From: Vicugna vicugna
Taxonomy: Eukaryota
Reading direction: 5' to 3'
NCBI GenBank assembly: GCA_013265495.1
Contig: MU058418.1
Coordinates: forward strand, 930,001-952,367
Length of the DNA stretch: 22,367 nucleotides
This document shows positions 12,053 to 21,371 of this stretch, one piece after another. The position numbers were made by a program, and so were the translations under genes. The notes beneath the pieces were generated by a model. The model saw nothing but the letters and a program-made list of their open reading frames with translations, did not search any database and was not told where the DNA came from. Position 1 is the first letter of the stretch, and each line of letters starts with the position of its first letter.

Positions 12053-12716
12053 AAAAATAGAACTACCATATAACCCAGCAATTCCACTCCTGGGTATATA
12101 TCTGAAAAAAAAAAAAAAAAGAAAAGAAAACACTAATCAAAATGATACATGCACCCCAATGTTCATTGCAGTATTATTTACATTTGCAAAGATATGAAAG
12201 CAACCTAACTGTCCATCAACAGATGAATGAATAAAGATGTGGTGTATGTATACCTATACAATATTACTAGCCTTAAAAATAATGAAATATTGCCATTTGC
12301 AATTACATGGGTGGACTTGGAGAGTATTATGGTGAATGAAATAAGTCAGACAGAGAAAGACAAATACTGTATGATACCACTTATATGTTGGATCTAAAAA
12401 AATACAACAAACTAGTGAATATAAAAAAAAGGAAACATACTCACAGATACAGAGAACAAACTAGTGGTTACCAGTGGGGAGGGGGTGTGACAAGATTAAG
12501 GTAAGGGATTAAGAGGCACTAACTATTATTTATAACATAAATAAGCTACAAAAATATACTGTACAACACAGGGAATATAGCCAATATTCTATAATAACTA
12601 TAAATGGAATATAAGCTTTAAAAATTATGAATCACTATGTTGTATACCTGTACCTTATACAATATTGTACGTCAACTATATCACAGTTTAAAAAATTTTT
12701 TAAAGATTAAGAACTG

Positions 12717-12817
12717 AGAAAGAATATATATATATATATAGCTGAATCACTTTACTGTACACCTGAAACTAACACATTATAAATTAACTATACTTCAATT
12801 TTTTTAATGTTTAAAAA
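12717..12817 (+). mobile_element. Short 5'-truncated L1 3' end
   Basis: GCTGAATCACTTTACTGTACACCTGAAACTAACACATTATAAATTAACTATACTTCAAT (L1 terminal motif) with the perfect 15-bp TSD AAAGATTAAGAACTG (12702-12716, 12818-12832). Confidence 0.88.
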
Positions 12818-12832
12818 AAAGATTAAGAACTG

Positions 12833-14059
12833 TCAGGCTACAAAAAGACATGGATAAACATGGATAAACTTTAAATGCATATTTCTAAGTGAAATAGCCA
12901 GTCTGAAAACCTGCATACTCTGATTCCAATTGTATAATATTCTGGAAAAGGTAAAACTATAGAGTTAAAATATCAGTGGTTGCCAGGGACTCCGAGCAAG
13001 ACAGGAGGGTTAAATAAATGAAGTACAGAGATTTAGGGGGTCAGTCAAGCAATTCTGTGTGATACTATAATTGTGGATACACAATAATCTACATTTGTCA
13101 AAACTTTAAAATTTTACCGCAGAAAAGGTGAATTTTAATATAGAAAAAAATTTGAAAATCATTTAGGATGTTGGGGGATTCCTGGAAGGAATGCAGACAG
13201 TGTCAAATAAATTGAATTGTATTATCAATGTATGAGACAATTTCACTTAAGTAGTGGGTGAGCAGAAAGTTTCTGACCTAAGTAATGAGTAGAACCTGTA
13301 AGAGTAAAGGCAAAGGGAACTGCACATAAGCACTATACCTTAATTGGTATTGTTTCCCACAAGTGTACATGTTAACTATTCTGATGCTGTTGTACATGAA
13401 TGCTGAGATTGAACAGTTAAGTAAATGGAGGGTGGGAGCAAGGTTTCTCACAGAATGGGAATTTACAGATAAGCAAGATACTAGACTAAATTAGAGTTGG
13501 AGACATCAGTATGAACTGTGTTTAGCTTAATTTAGGTACAGACGATTACATATAAAAATATTTATAGATATGTGTATATAAAAGGTCAGTATACATGCTT
13601 GTATTTCCATGCACTATCTGCTGACAGAGCCAAGGAGCAATGACACTGCGGTAGCAACAGACATACCTACTGCCCAGAGCTTGGTTACTAATACTAATTT
13701 CTAGTAAAAGGAGTCAGGACTCCTTGGAGAAATGGCTGATTCTAGTATTGGGATTTTAGGAAATATACAAGATGAGCCTGGAGCATCTTGTACCACCAGC
13801 AAGTAAGGAAGAAAAATCTACATTGATGGAAGTATGTCAGAGGGACACAGGAGCCAACTAAAAGAGCTCCCAGTGGTCAAAGAACAATTTGAGCAACAAA
13901 ATAATTATAACAACCATACCATACTAATGTAGGATAATTAGTGTAGGTTAATAATGGGGAAATAGGGTGTGGGGTATATAAGAACGCTCTGTGCTATCTT
14001 CTTAATTTTTCTGCAAATCTAAAACTGTTCTAAAAAATAAAGTCTATTATTAAAAAAAA
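12833..14059 (+). mobile_element. Old L1MC-type (L1MC3-like) 3' region, right part
   Basis: AAAGACATGG..TTTAAATGCATATTTCTAAGTGAAATAGCCAGTCTGAAAA, TTCTGGAAAAGGTAAAACTATAGAG, CTCCTTGGAGAAATGGCTGATTCTAG, AAATATACAAGATGAGCCTGGAGCATCTTGTA; terminal CTAAAACTGTTCTAAAAAATAAAGTCTATT + A tract. Confidence 0.8.
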
Positions 14060-14595
14060 TACTGCTTAGACTAGTTCCCTCCTTCACTCTTTTATTTGAG
14101 AATAACCTTTAACATTGCCATTGAATTTTTCTTCTTGATAAAATTTTATTCATCAGGTCTCAAACTGATAAAGTTGAGATTCATTTTGGCAAATAATAGA
14201 CCTATACAGTTACTTTAAGAGGGGAAGAATTCAGGTATTCTGTACTACCAGTTCATAGAAGACCCAACTATTCTAATGACAGACACAGTAGAAACTGTAT
14301 GAAAGTGTAAGGCTTTGTGGTCTTGGCTAAAACTTTTCCCAAACAACAGTTTCAAATATGCTGAAATGGTTAAAGATCTGTGCCGCAAGACAACCACTGA
14401 ATTTTGAGGGCAGGTGTTTCCATATGAACTGCATCTACTATAAAAGAAAGTTAACATTGTTCATATGGAATGTTTAATTTTGAGTAGGACTGTTACTCTA
14501 AGGGCCTACATAATGTCTTCTCTTAAATGAAAATGTTAATCTGATAAGTAGAATTGTTTCAAATTATCCAACTGAATCTAAGAATCTTTAGATAC

Positions 14596-15147
14596 TGTTA
14601 TGAATTGAATTTGTGTCCCCCCAAAATTCACATGTTTGAATTCTGTCTCTAGTACCTCAGAATGTGACCTTATTTGGAGATAGTCTTTACAGATATAATC
14701 AAGTTAAAAAAGAGTTCATTAGAGTGTGTCCTAAACCAGTATGACTGGTGTCCTTATATAAAGGGGATATTTGGGCATATATACATGCATACAGGACGGG
14801 GGGAGGGTATAGCTCCAAGTGGTAGAGCACATGCTTAGTATGCATGAGGTCCTGGATTCAATCCCCAGTACTTCCTCTAAAAAGTAAATAAACAAACCTA
14901 ATTGCCCCCCCAAAAAATATGCATAGAGGGAAGATAGTGTGAAGAAACATAGGGAGAATATGACCATCTTCAACCCATGGAGAGAGACCTAGAAAAGATC
15001 CTTCCCTCACAGCCTTCATAGGGACCAACCCTGCCAACACCTTGATCTTAGACTTCCAGCCTCCAGAACTGTGAGATAACAAATTTCTGTTGCTGAAGCC
15101 CTCCCAGTTCGTGGAACTTTGTTATGGCAGTCTAACAAACTAATACG
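14596..15147 (+). mobile_element. MaLR solo LTR, MLT1B/C-like (interrupted by a SINE)
   Basis: TGTTATGAATTGAATTTGTGTCCCCCCAAAATTCA..AGTACCTCAGAATGTGACCTTATTTGGAGATAG..GACTTCCAGCCTCCAGAACTGTGAGATAACAAATTTCTGTTG..AACTAATAC. 5-bp flanks GATAC / AATAC. Confidence 0.88.
14798..14917 (+). mobile_element. tRNA-derived SINE, camelid vic-1-like
   Basis: GGGGAGGGTATAGCTCCAAGTGGTAGAGCACATGCTTAGTATGCATGAGGTCCTGGATTCAATCCCCAGTAC with A box (~14809-14823) and B box (~14854-14864), A-rich tail. Degenerate TSD ATACATGCATACAGG (14781-14795) / AAATATGCATAGAGG (14915-14929). Confidence 0.85.
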
Positions 15148-15359
15148 AATACCCTTTCTGGCACTTTTGGAGGAAGGTTAGAAATGGAGGCCCAATTTTC
15201 TTTGTTTGTATGTTAGATTTCTGAGTAAAATTTCTTTAAAACAAAGAGTTCCAAACTAACATCTGAAAACCATTGTCCACAAATGATTTTGACATAACTG
15301 ATTTTGAACTCTTTCTAATCAGCTTCTTGAGGTCATTCTTTGACAGTATTTCTGTCGCT

Positions 15360-15442
15360 GTCTTAGACTGGGTGCCTCCAAAAACCAGAGCCTGAGCTAA
15401 AGACTTGTACTAAGTTAGTTTATTTAGGAAGTGATTCCAGGG
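15360..15442. mobile_element. Short old MaLR/ERVL LTR terminal fragment
   Basis: TGTCTTAGACTGGGTGCCTCCAAAAACCAGAGCCTGAG..TAGTTTATTTAGGAAGTGATTCCAGG resembles an old LTR terminus. Confidence 0.45.
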
Positions 15443-15686
15443 TGTATTAGATGCTTCTCCAGCAACTCCTTTTGGATAAACCATTGCCACCTGTGATCTG
15501 TCATTTGTGCACAATCCTTTTCTTCATAAATATTTAAAAATTAGACTTCAATGTAACATCTGTCTAAATGATTAAAATTCTACAATAATAAAATTCTGAA
15601 TTAGGGGAATACAATTCAATTTGCAACATATACCATATATAATTCTGATCTATAAAGTTAAAATTATTCTGATCTATAAAGCAAGT

Positions 15687-16065
15687 TGTCAGTTAGGGTT
15701 CTCTAGAGAAACAGAACCAGTAAGATATATACTGTAAATATGAAGAGGTTCATTTATGGGAATAAATAAAAGAACTGACTCAAGCAGTTGTAGGAGCTAA
15801 GTCTGAAGTCTGTAGGGCAGGTAGGCAGGCTGGAAACTCAGGCAGGAGTTTGAGGCAAAATTTCTTGTCTAGAAACCTGTTTTTGCCCATCAGGCCTTCA
15901 CTGATTGGATAAGACCCACCCAAATTATTAAGGGTGATCTCCTTCAACTGACTGTAGATGTTAACCCACCTGACAAAATACCTTCACAGCAACACTTGGA
16001 TTAGGATTGGATTGGATATCTGGGTACGTAGCCTAGCCAAATTGACACATAAAGTAACAATCACA
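15687..16065 (-). mobile_element. ERVL solo LTR, MLT2 family (MLT2C/D-like)
   Basis: TTAGGGTTCTCTAGAGAAACAGAACCAGTA, GGCAGGCTGGAAACTCAGGCAGGAG, CTGATTGGATAAGACCCACCCA, AAAATACCTTCACAGCAACAC, terminal GCCAAATTGACACATAAAGTAACAATCACA. Confidence 0.85.
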
Positions 16066-16359
16066 AAGGTCATGAAATGAAAATCTAAGGACATGCATTT
16101 CCTTCCTGGGAAAGTCAGAAAATCTTCTGGCTCAGGTTTTTTTTTTTCATTTTTCAGTTTTATTAGGTAGAATTGTTATAATTTGACTACACGTATACAA
16201 TATATTGCATGTAAATACATATATATGATATACTGCACATGTTTTTAAAATTTACATGTATGTACTGTTCATTGTTTCTAAGAACATTTAGAGTTTTAGC
16301 TTTTTAAACTTACATGGTTATCAAAGGAATAAAGCCAACCACTAAATAAGAATTAATTT

Positions 16360-16476
16360 AAAAAGATACACACACCCCCACTATTACCAGCAACATTATT
16401 TATAATTGCCAAGATATGGAAGCATCCTAAGTGCAAATCAATAGATGACTGGATAAAGAAAATGCAGCGCATATAT

Positions 16477-16527
<51 letters not shown>

Positions 16528-16576
16528 ATGGAATACAACCCACCCATAAGAAAGAAGGATATTTTACCACTTGCTG
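16360..16576 (+). mobile_element. L1 ORF2-end fragment carrying an (AC)n expansion, antisense within the composite element
   Basis: AAAAGATACA..CAGCAACATTATTTATAATTGCCAAGATATGGAAGCATCCTAAGTG..ATAGATGACTGGATAAAGAAAATG; homologous to ~12140-12300. Confidence 0.85.
16485..16522. repeat. (AC)19 microsatellite preceded by a short (AT)n
   Basis: Read directly from the sequence. Confidence 0.97.
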
Positions 16577-16639
16577 CCCTTCATTCACTTTTTTTTTTTT
16601 GCACTTCAAAAACCAGAATTTTATAACTGGCATAAACAT

Positions 16640-16937
16640 TTCCATTGCATCAAAAACAACAAAATACCTAGAAATAAACTTTACCAAGGAGGTTACCTAC
16701 ACTCTGAAAACTGTAAAACACTGATGAAAGAAATTGAAAATGATACAAAGAAATGGAAAGATATCTTGTGCTCTTGAACTGGAAGAATCAACATTATCAA
16801 AATGGCCATACTACCCAAAGCAATCTGCAGATCCAATGCAACCTCTGTCAAAATACTCACAACATTCTTCACAGAGCTAGAACACATCCAAAATTTATAT
16901 GGAACTATAAAAGACCCCAAACTGCCAAAGCAATCTT
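16640..16937 (+). mobile_element. L1 ORF2 internal fragment, antisense within the composite element
   Basis: LHSENCKTLMKEIENDTKKWKDILCS and [27 protein letters not shown]; homologous to ~10434-10745 of the large L1. Confidence 0.88.
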
Positions 16938-16992
16938 TTGTAGGTCTTTTTTTTTCCTCTTCTTTTTGTTCTCTTTTCTTGTGGTTCGATGA

Positions 16993-17166
16993 CTAGAGAA
17001 GTTCCTTTAACATTTGTTGTAATACTGGTTTGGTGGTGCTGAATTCTTTTAGCTTTTGTTCATCTGTGAAGCTTTTGATTTCTCCAACAAATCTGAACGA
17101 GAGCCTTGCTGGATAGAGTATTCTTAGTTGTAAGTTTTTCCTTTTCATCACTTTAAATATATCGTG
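16993..17166 (-). pseudogene. L1 ORF1p C-terminal domain fragment (57 codons, open, with stop), 5'-truncated
   Basis: Hand translation: HDIFKVMKRKNLQLRILYPARLSFRFVGEIKSFTDEQKLKEFSTTKPVLQQMLKELL*, containing the conserved ORF1p YPA(K/R)LS motif. Below the ORF-track size cut-off. Confidence 0.92.
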
Positions 17167-17317
17167 TCTGGCTCAGTTTATTTTTTAAAGGAGCAGCCAC
17201 AGTGACATCATTTTAACCCACATAGGTAATAACATTAAGGAAAAAAGAATAAGGAGTTAGTGATACAAGTATATTCTTACAGAGAAAGAGGGCTACCGTA
17301 GATAGAAATAATGTTTG

Positions 17318-17665
17318 TGACTGTGGTCTGAATGTTTGTGTTCCCCCAAAATGCACATGTCAAAATCCTCATACCCAAGGTGATGGTGTTAGGAGATAAG
17401 GCCTTTGAGAGATGATTAGGTCATGAAGGTGGAGCCCTCATGAATGGGATTAGTGTTCTTATAAAAAAGATCCCACAGAACTCCCTAGGTCTTTCTACCA
17501 TGTGAGGATACGAGAATTCTGTGACCCAGAAGAGGGCCCTCACCCAACCATGCTGATACCCTAATCTGGGTCTTCCAGCCTCCAGAACTGAGACATAAAT
17601 TTCCATTGCTTTTCAGCCACCCAGTCTATAGTATTTTGTTATAGCAGCCCAAATGGACTATGACA
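17318..17665 (+). mobile_element. MaLR solo LTR, MLT1A0-like
   Basis: TGGTCTGAATGTTTGTGTTCCCCCAAAAT, GATTAGGTCATGAAGGTGGAGCCCTCATGAATGGGATTAGTG, terminal GTATTTTGTTATAGCAGCCCAAATGGACTATGACA. Confidence 0.88.
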
Positions 17666-17799
17666 GTAAAACAACTTGTTTCTGCATTATCTCTGAACTA
17701 TCCCAACAATATGTGAAAATAGAGCCAAATAATCTTTAGGCTTACAAGTTATCAGCTCTTTAAATAAATTCCCCACTTCAAATAGAGTGGAAATACTCT

Positions 17800-17945
17800 A
17801 TTCTGTCCTCTTTGTTTATAAACAAGGAATCCAAGACAAGGAGAAATTAAGCAGTTTGTGTGTGATCTCACTATAAATTAGTAGCATACCCCAAAACAGA
17901 ACCCAATTGTTCTCGCCCCAAAAGTGCTATTCACCACACCAAGCC
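17800..17945 (-). mobile_element. MIR SINE remnant
   Basis: TTTATAAACAAGGAATCCAAGACAAGGAGAAATTAAGCAGTTTG..GATCTCAC..CAGAACCCA resembles the antisense MIR core. Confidence 0.5.
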
Positions 17946-18053
17946 ACCTTTGTGGACAATGAAGATGAGTATTAGTAGCTAAAGAGTGGTGTTTTTCCAC
18001 TTAATATTCATAATTTCATTTGCCCATGAAAATGATAATGTGAAATTTATTAA

Positions 18054-18309
18054 GTAGATATCAGATAATATTAGAAAATACTTGCTAATTTTGTTAGGTG
18101 TTACAAAGTCATTGAAGTTATATAGAAAAATGGTTCTTAATTCTTAGAGATGCACAATGCATGTTTTTCCTTTAAAATACTTCAGCAAAAAGTAAGAAGC
18201 AAATATGGCAAAATATTAACAATTGTTATATGTAAGTGATGGATACATGGGTGTTCATTATATTACTCTTTCTACTCTTTGTTATGTTTTAAGTTTTTGA
18301 TAATAAAAA
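18054..18309 (+). mobile_element. Ancient L1ME4-like 3' end
   Basis: GAAGCAAATATGGCAAAATATTAACAATTGTT..GGATACATGGGTGTTCATTATATTACTCTTTCTACTCTTTG..TTTTTGATAATAAAAAG. Confidence 0.75.
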
Positions 18310-19339
18310 GGGGGGAGTTCACTTTCTTTCAGTTCCTAGGCTTATAGGCCAGTATTAATTTTTTCATGTGTCTGACATTTGTTCTCTTTGCATTCATTGT
18401 CACTGAGTCAATAAACCTACATATCCAGGCCTGTGCACATTCAGTGCCATAGATTAGGAAATCTAATCCCAGGAAATCCCAGATTGATCCTACATGGGCA
18501 TATATTCATTCCCTCTTGATGCTTATTCTAATATTTGCAAGAAGAAAAATGTTCACAACATGTTTGTATCTCCTAAAAAGACACAAAACTTTCCTATCCT
18601 TTTCTTCATAGGTCAAATAGCATAATGTGTCAGTTTTCACCCAAAAGACACTATAGTGTTTATAGTGGTCTCACAGTATTTTTCTTCAGACTGGGATTAC
18701 ACAACTACAGTGAAGCTTTTATAATTATCAGTATTTTGTGTGCAAAAAAGATTTGATGAAGTGAACCATGCTTTACAAATGTTGATATTAAGCACTAATT
18801 AAGCATCCACTGTGTACCTAGGCTAAGAACTAGAGAAATTAACATAAAAAAACCTAGGTCCTGGGCTCTGAGTTACCCAGATGTGCTATCCTACAGTTCA
18901 AATGAACCAAGTAATTGCAAATCTCTGTTTCATTGATTATTATTTGGCAATAGCCATCTCTGTGTTCCAAATTCTCACATCCAGCACTCATATCCCAGAC
19001 ACATCTGATGAAGTACAGTCAGCTATATAAGCTAGTGAATTGAAATGCATAGTCTAATAAAGTAAAATCGGAAGCACTCCATTTCTTTGTGATTATCATT
19101 TGCTTTAAAGAATTTTTTTTTTGACCCAGCTGAGAACATTGTGCTAACTTCTTAAGGTTTAGGGATAAGAAGGAAATGTTCAAACTCGAATTCAGTTGTT
19201 TCTCATTGATAGTTAACAACCAAAACTCAAGATGGCTAACAATGAGACATTCTTCACCTCTTCAAAATAGAACATGTGAACTGATGCTATAAAATGTAGA
19301 TATGCAAATTCCCATATATATATTCCACGTTGTGACTAG

Positions 19340-19466
19340 TTTTCCTTAATTTAGCCCTTTCACTAATCAACTGTATGACTCTATTTAATCTCTCTGAGCC
19401 TCAGTTTATTTACCCAAATAAGAGTGTCAAATGACTTTGAGGCAATTTCAAAATATAAGATTCTAT
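19340..19466 (+). mobile_element. MIR/MIR3 remnant
   Basis: CACTAATCAACTGTATGACT..ATTTAATCTCTCTGAGCCTCAGTTT core motif; tail AAGATTCTAT. Confidence 0.6.
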
Positions 19467-21371
19467 TGGCTCCATAAATTTTAAATGCAGTGATATTTTA
19501 AAAAATATTTAAATGAATGCTGTTAACTTACACACAGTTTTGATGAGTGTTTTCATACTATTTCACCCTTTCTTTTTTTCTTGTTTTTAGATGTATTTTT
19601 ACATGAATGGCACTATATTTTTCATGCTTGGTTTTAACTTGTTCTGGGTACCTACTGGTGGTAGAAAAATGGAAAAGTAGTGAGGCAGACAAAGCATACA
19701 TAACAGAGGTGAGCTCTGGGATTCACACATCTGAGCATAACGGAGATGGAGGAGAGGCAGCCTGCTAGAGTCTGGAGCCTGAGAAACCCAAGGGCTTACT
19801 GGGAAATAATGGATTCCCAGGATCAGGGACTTGACATTTGTTTCAAGGACAAAAGGATGGGCAGAGGAAAGAGGTGATTTTGAGCATATGAAGAAGTCTG
19901 GCATGGACTCAATTCCCAATTCCAGCCCCTTAGAATTTTCTCTTCTGAGCAAAAGGGATGAAATAACTAAACCAGCAAGAGCTAAAAGATGTGATTTTGT
20001 TTTTAAAATTACACTGTCTCACTGTCTGTGAGAAGTTAAGAGTATGAGTCTCCTGAGGCATCAATATTAGTGACTCTGCAGGCAGCATCAGGGACTTGTC
20101 CATAATAGGAGATGGGCCAGAAGTGTACCCTGATCAGGAGATTTGCACAGCCAGGCTGGTGCAGAGGCAAGTAGTGCCTAGTATGGGGACTTTGTCAGGA
20201 AGCTATGGGACACACTGCCAGAGAAGCATCAAAGGAAAAGGATCAATGCCCCAGGATGGCCCCAGGACTAGTTCCAAGGACAACATGAAAGAGTCCCTAG
20301 GGGCTCTTAGAAGCAGAGGGCCTGGAGTTCCCACAAGGAAATACTGATGTGCTTCTGTTTGGAAAACATGAGTTATAATTTTTGACCCTATAGTTACCCT
20401 TCTAGTCGTTTCCATATTTTGTAGTTCCTCCTCAGACTTCTCCTTCAGACAATCCTTCCCCACTAAGAGGAGCTAATATTGGCCCTTGTATGGACATTAC
20501 ATTTCCACTGAGCCCTCCACCCCTAACCAGCCATGATTCTCTGTTTCCCAGTTGTGTATGAATGTTGGAGCTGAGGGGCTGATATCTTCTATTCTGATCT
20601 GAATATTCTGCTGGAGCTTGCAAGGGTCAGGGTCAGATCTCAATCTTATGAATATATTTCTCACCTGAAGAGGGAGGTCATTTTGGGGGTTAGTCATCTG
20701 AGTGAGTTGTGAGTTTAGACAGAAAACCAGAACTCTGCTCAGAATCTAAGAAGCGAAACTCAGCCTCTCTCTCTCAATTTAGATTCCTGGGACTTTAAAT
20801 AGCACTAAGTGCATGCTTGGCTGATAGAGTTCAAAATGGCATCTACCATGTGGAGGGAGGATAACGTTCAAAAGATTTCTTTTCCTGGGTTCTCTGACTA
20901 ACGGTATGAGTCTTGAAACATGGGTGCAAGCTGTGTCTCAGAAACAGTGTTTATTTCCCTTTTATCATCCCTTTTGCTAGTTAGCCATGGGTAAAATCTT
21001 TTTTTTTTTTTTTTTTAATGTTCTAACCAGATCTCTGCTGTGCTACTTGGGAACAAGAGGACTGATTTCCCACTCTTAGTCTCTTGGGTGAGGAATCTGA
21101 ACTTTACTTAAATTGAATAAGAATGACATTATTTTACTTGAACCTTTTATATTTAAATGTATATGTAAGTTAATGTTACCTTTCCAGAACTATTTGAATT
21201 TTAACATTCTCTCTAATTCTAATAGATATTTTACCCACAGTTAAAAGAATTTTCAAACATTCAGAAATCACATGCAGCAGACATTTTTGGACAGAGGTAA
21301 CTAGAAATCCCTCTGCAGTGGAAATCTCCTGATCTCAGGACTGCTTTCTGACTCATAGTACCCTGGCTTAC

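Larger units (their letters stand above)
8197..12397 (+). pseudogene. LINE-1 ORF2 (endonuclease / reverse transcriptase / Cys-rich domain), multiply frameshifted and interrupted
   Basis: EN motif NVNG..KRHRVVEWIQKQD..ICCLQETHF (ORF 8121-8513); MRLEINYK..LNNMLLNKQWITEEIKEEIK (8870-9118); RT catalytic motif LSLLADD at ~10241-10261; [38 protein letters not shown] (10492-10692); DSLFDKLCWENW (10856-11161); C-terminal region ending in TAA at 12395-12397. About 3.8 kb after removing two nested insertions. Confidence 0.95.
7085..12701 (+). mobile_element. LINE-1 with intact 5' and 3' termini but internal loss of ORF1; inactive
   Basis: 5' end GAGATTCACCAAGATGGCAGAGTAG, GC-richer 5'UTR to ~8196, then ORF2 remnants, L1 3'UTR and A-rich end ~12690-12701. 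Flanking near-direct repeat AAAGATGAAGA (7074-7084) / AAAGATTAAGA (12702-12712), 10/11 identical, read as the TSD. Confidence 0.93.
16137..17166 (-). mobile_element. Composite TSD-flanked retroposon: 5'-truncated L1 ORF1 end + inter-ORF spacer + chimeric 3' tail + poly(A), no sense ORF2 (HAL1-like architecture)
   Basis: Flanking repeat TCTGGCTCAG (16126-16135, 17167-17176), each followed by a T run. T11 tail at 16137-16147 and TTTATT (minus-strand AATAAA) at 16159-16164. ORF1 C-terminus at the opposite end in the same minus orientation as the tail. Confidence 0.78.

Noticed and set aside
14798..14875. Possible tRNA gene
   Set aside because: Has an A-rich tail and TSD, an altered A box and B box, and sits inside an LTR, so it is a SINE.
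17781..17802. Hairpin AATAGAGT-N6-ACTCTATT (and palindrome ACACTATAGTGT at 18648-18659)
   Set aside because: Short AT-rich stems are expected by chance in 22 kb and have no supporting context.
18588..18620. Plus-strand acceptor-like TTTCCTATCCTTTTCTTCATAG
   Set aside because: No convincing downstream donor or recognisable reading frame.
18790..20050. Possible LINE-2 remnants (~18795-18875 and ~19880-20050)
   Set aside because: Resemblance too weak to set boundaries without a profile-HMM search.
19599..20697. Cluster of 63-117 aa ORFs
   Set aside because: No recognisable domain, overlapping on both strands, mostly non-ATG starts; explained by locally higher GC.
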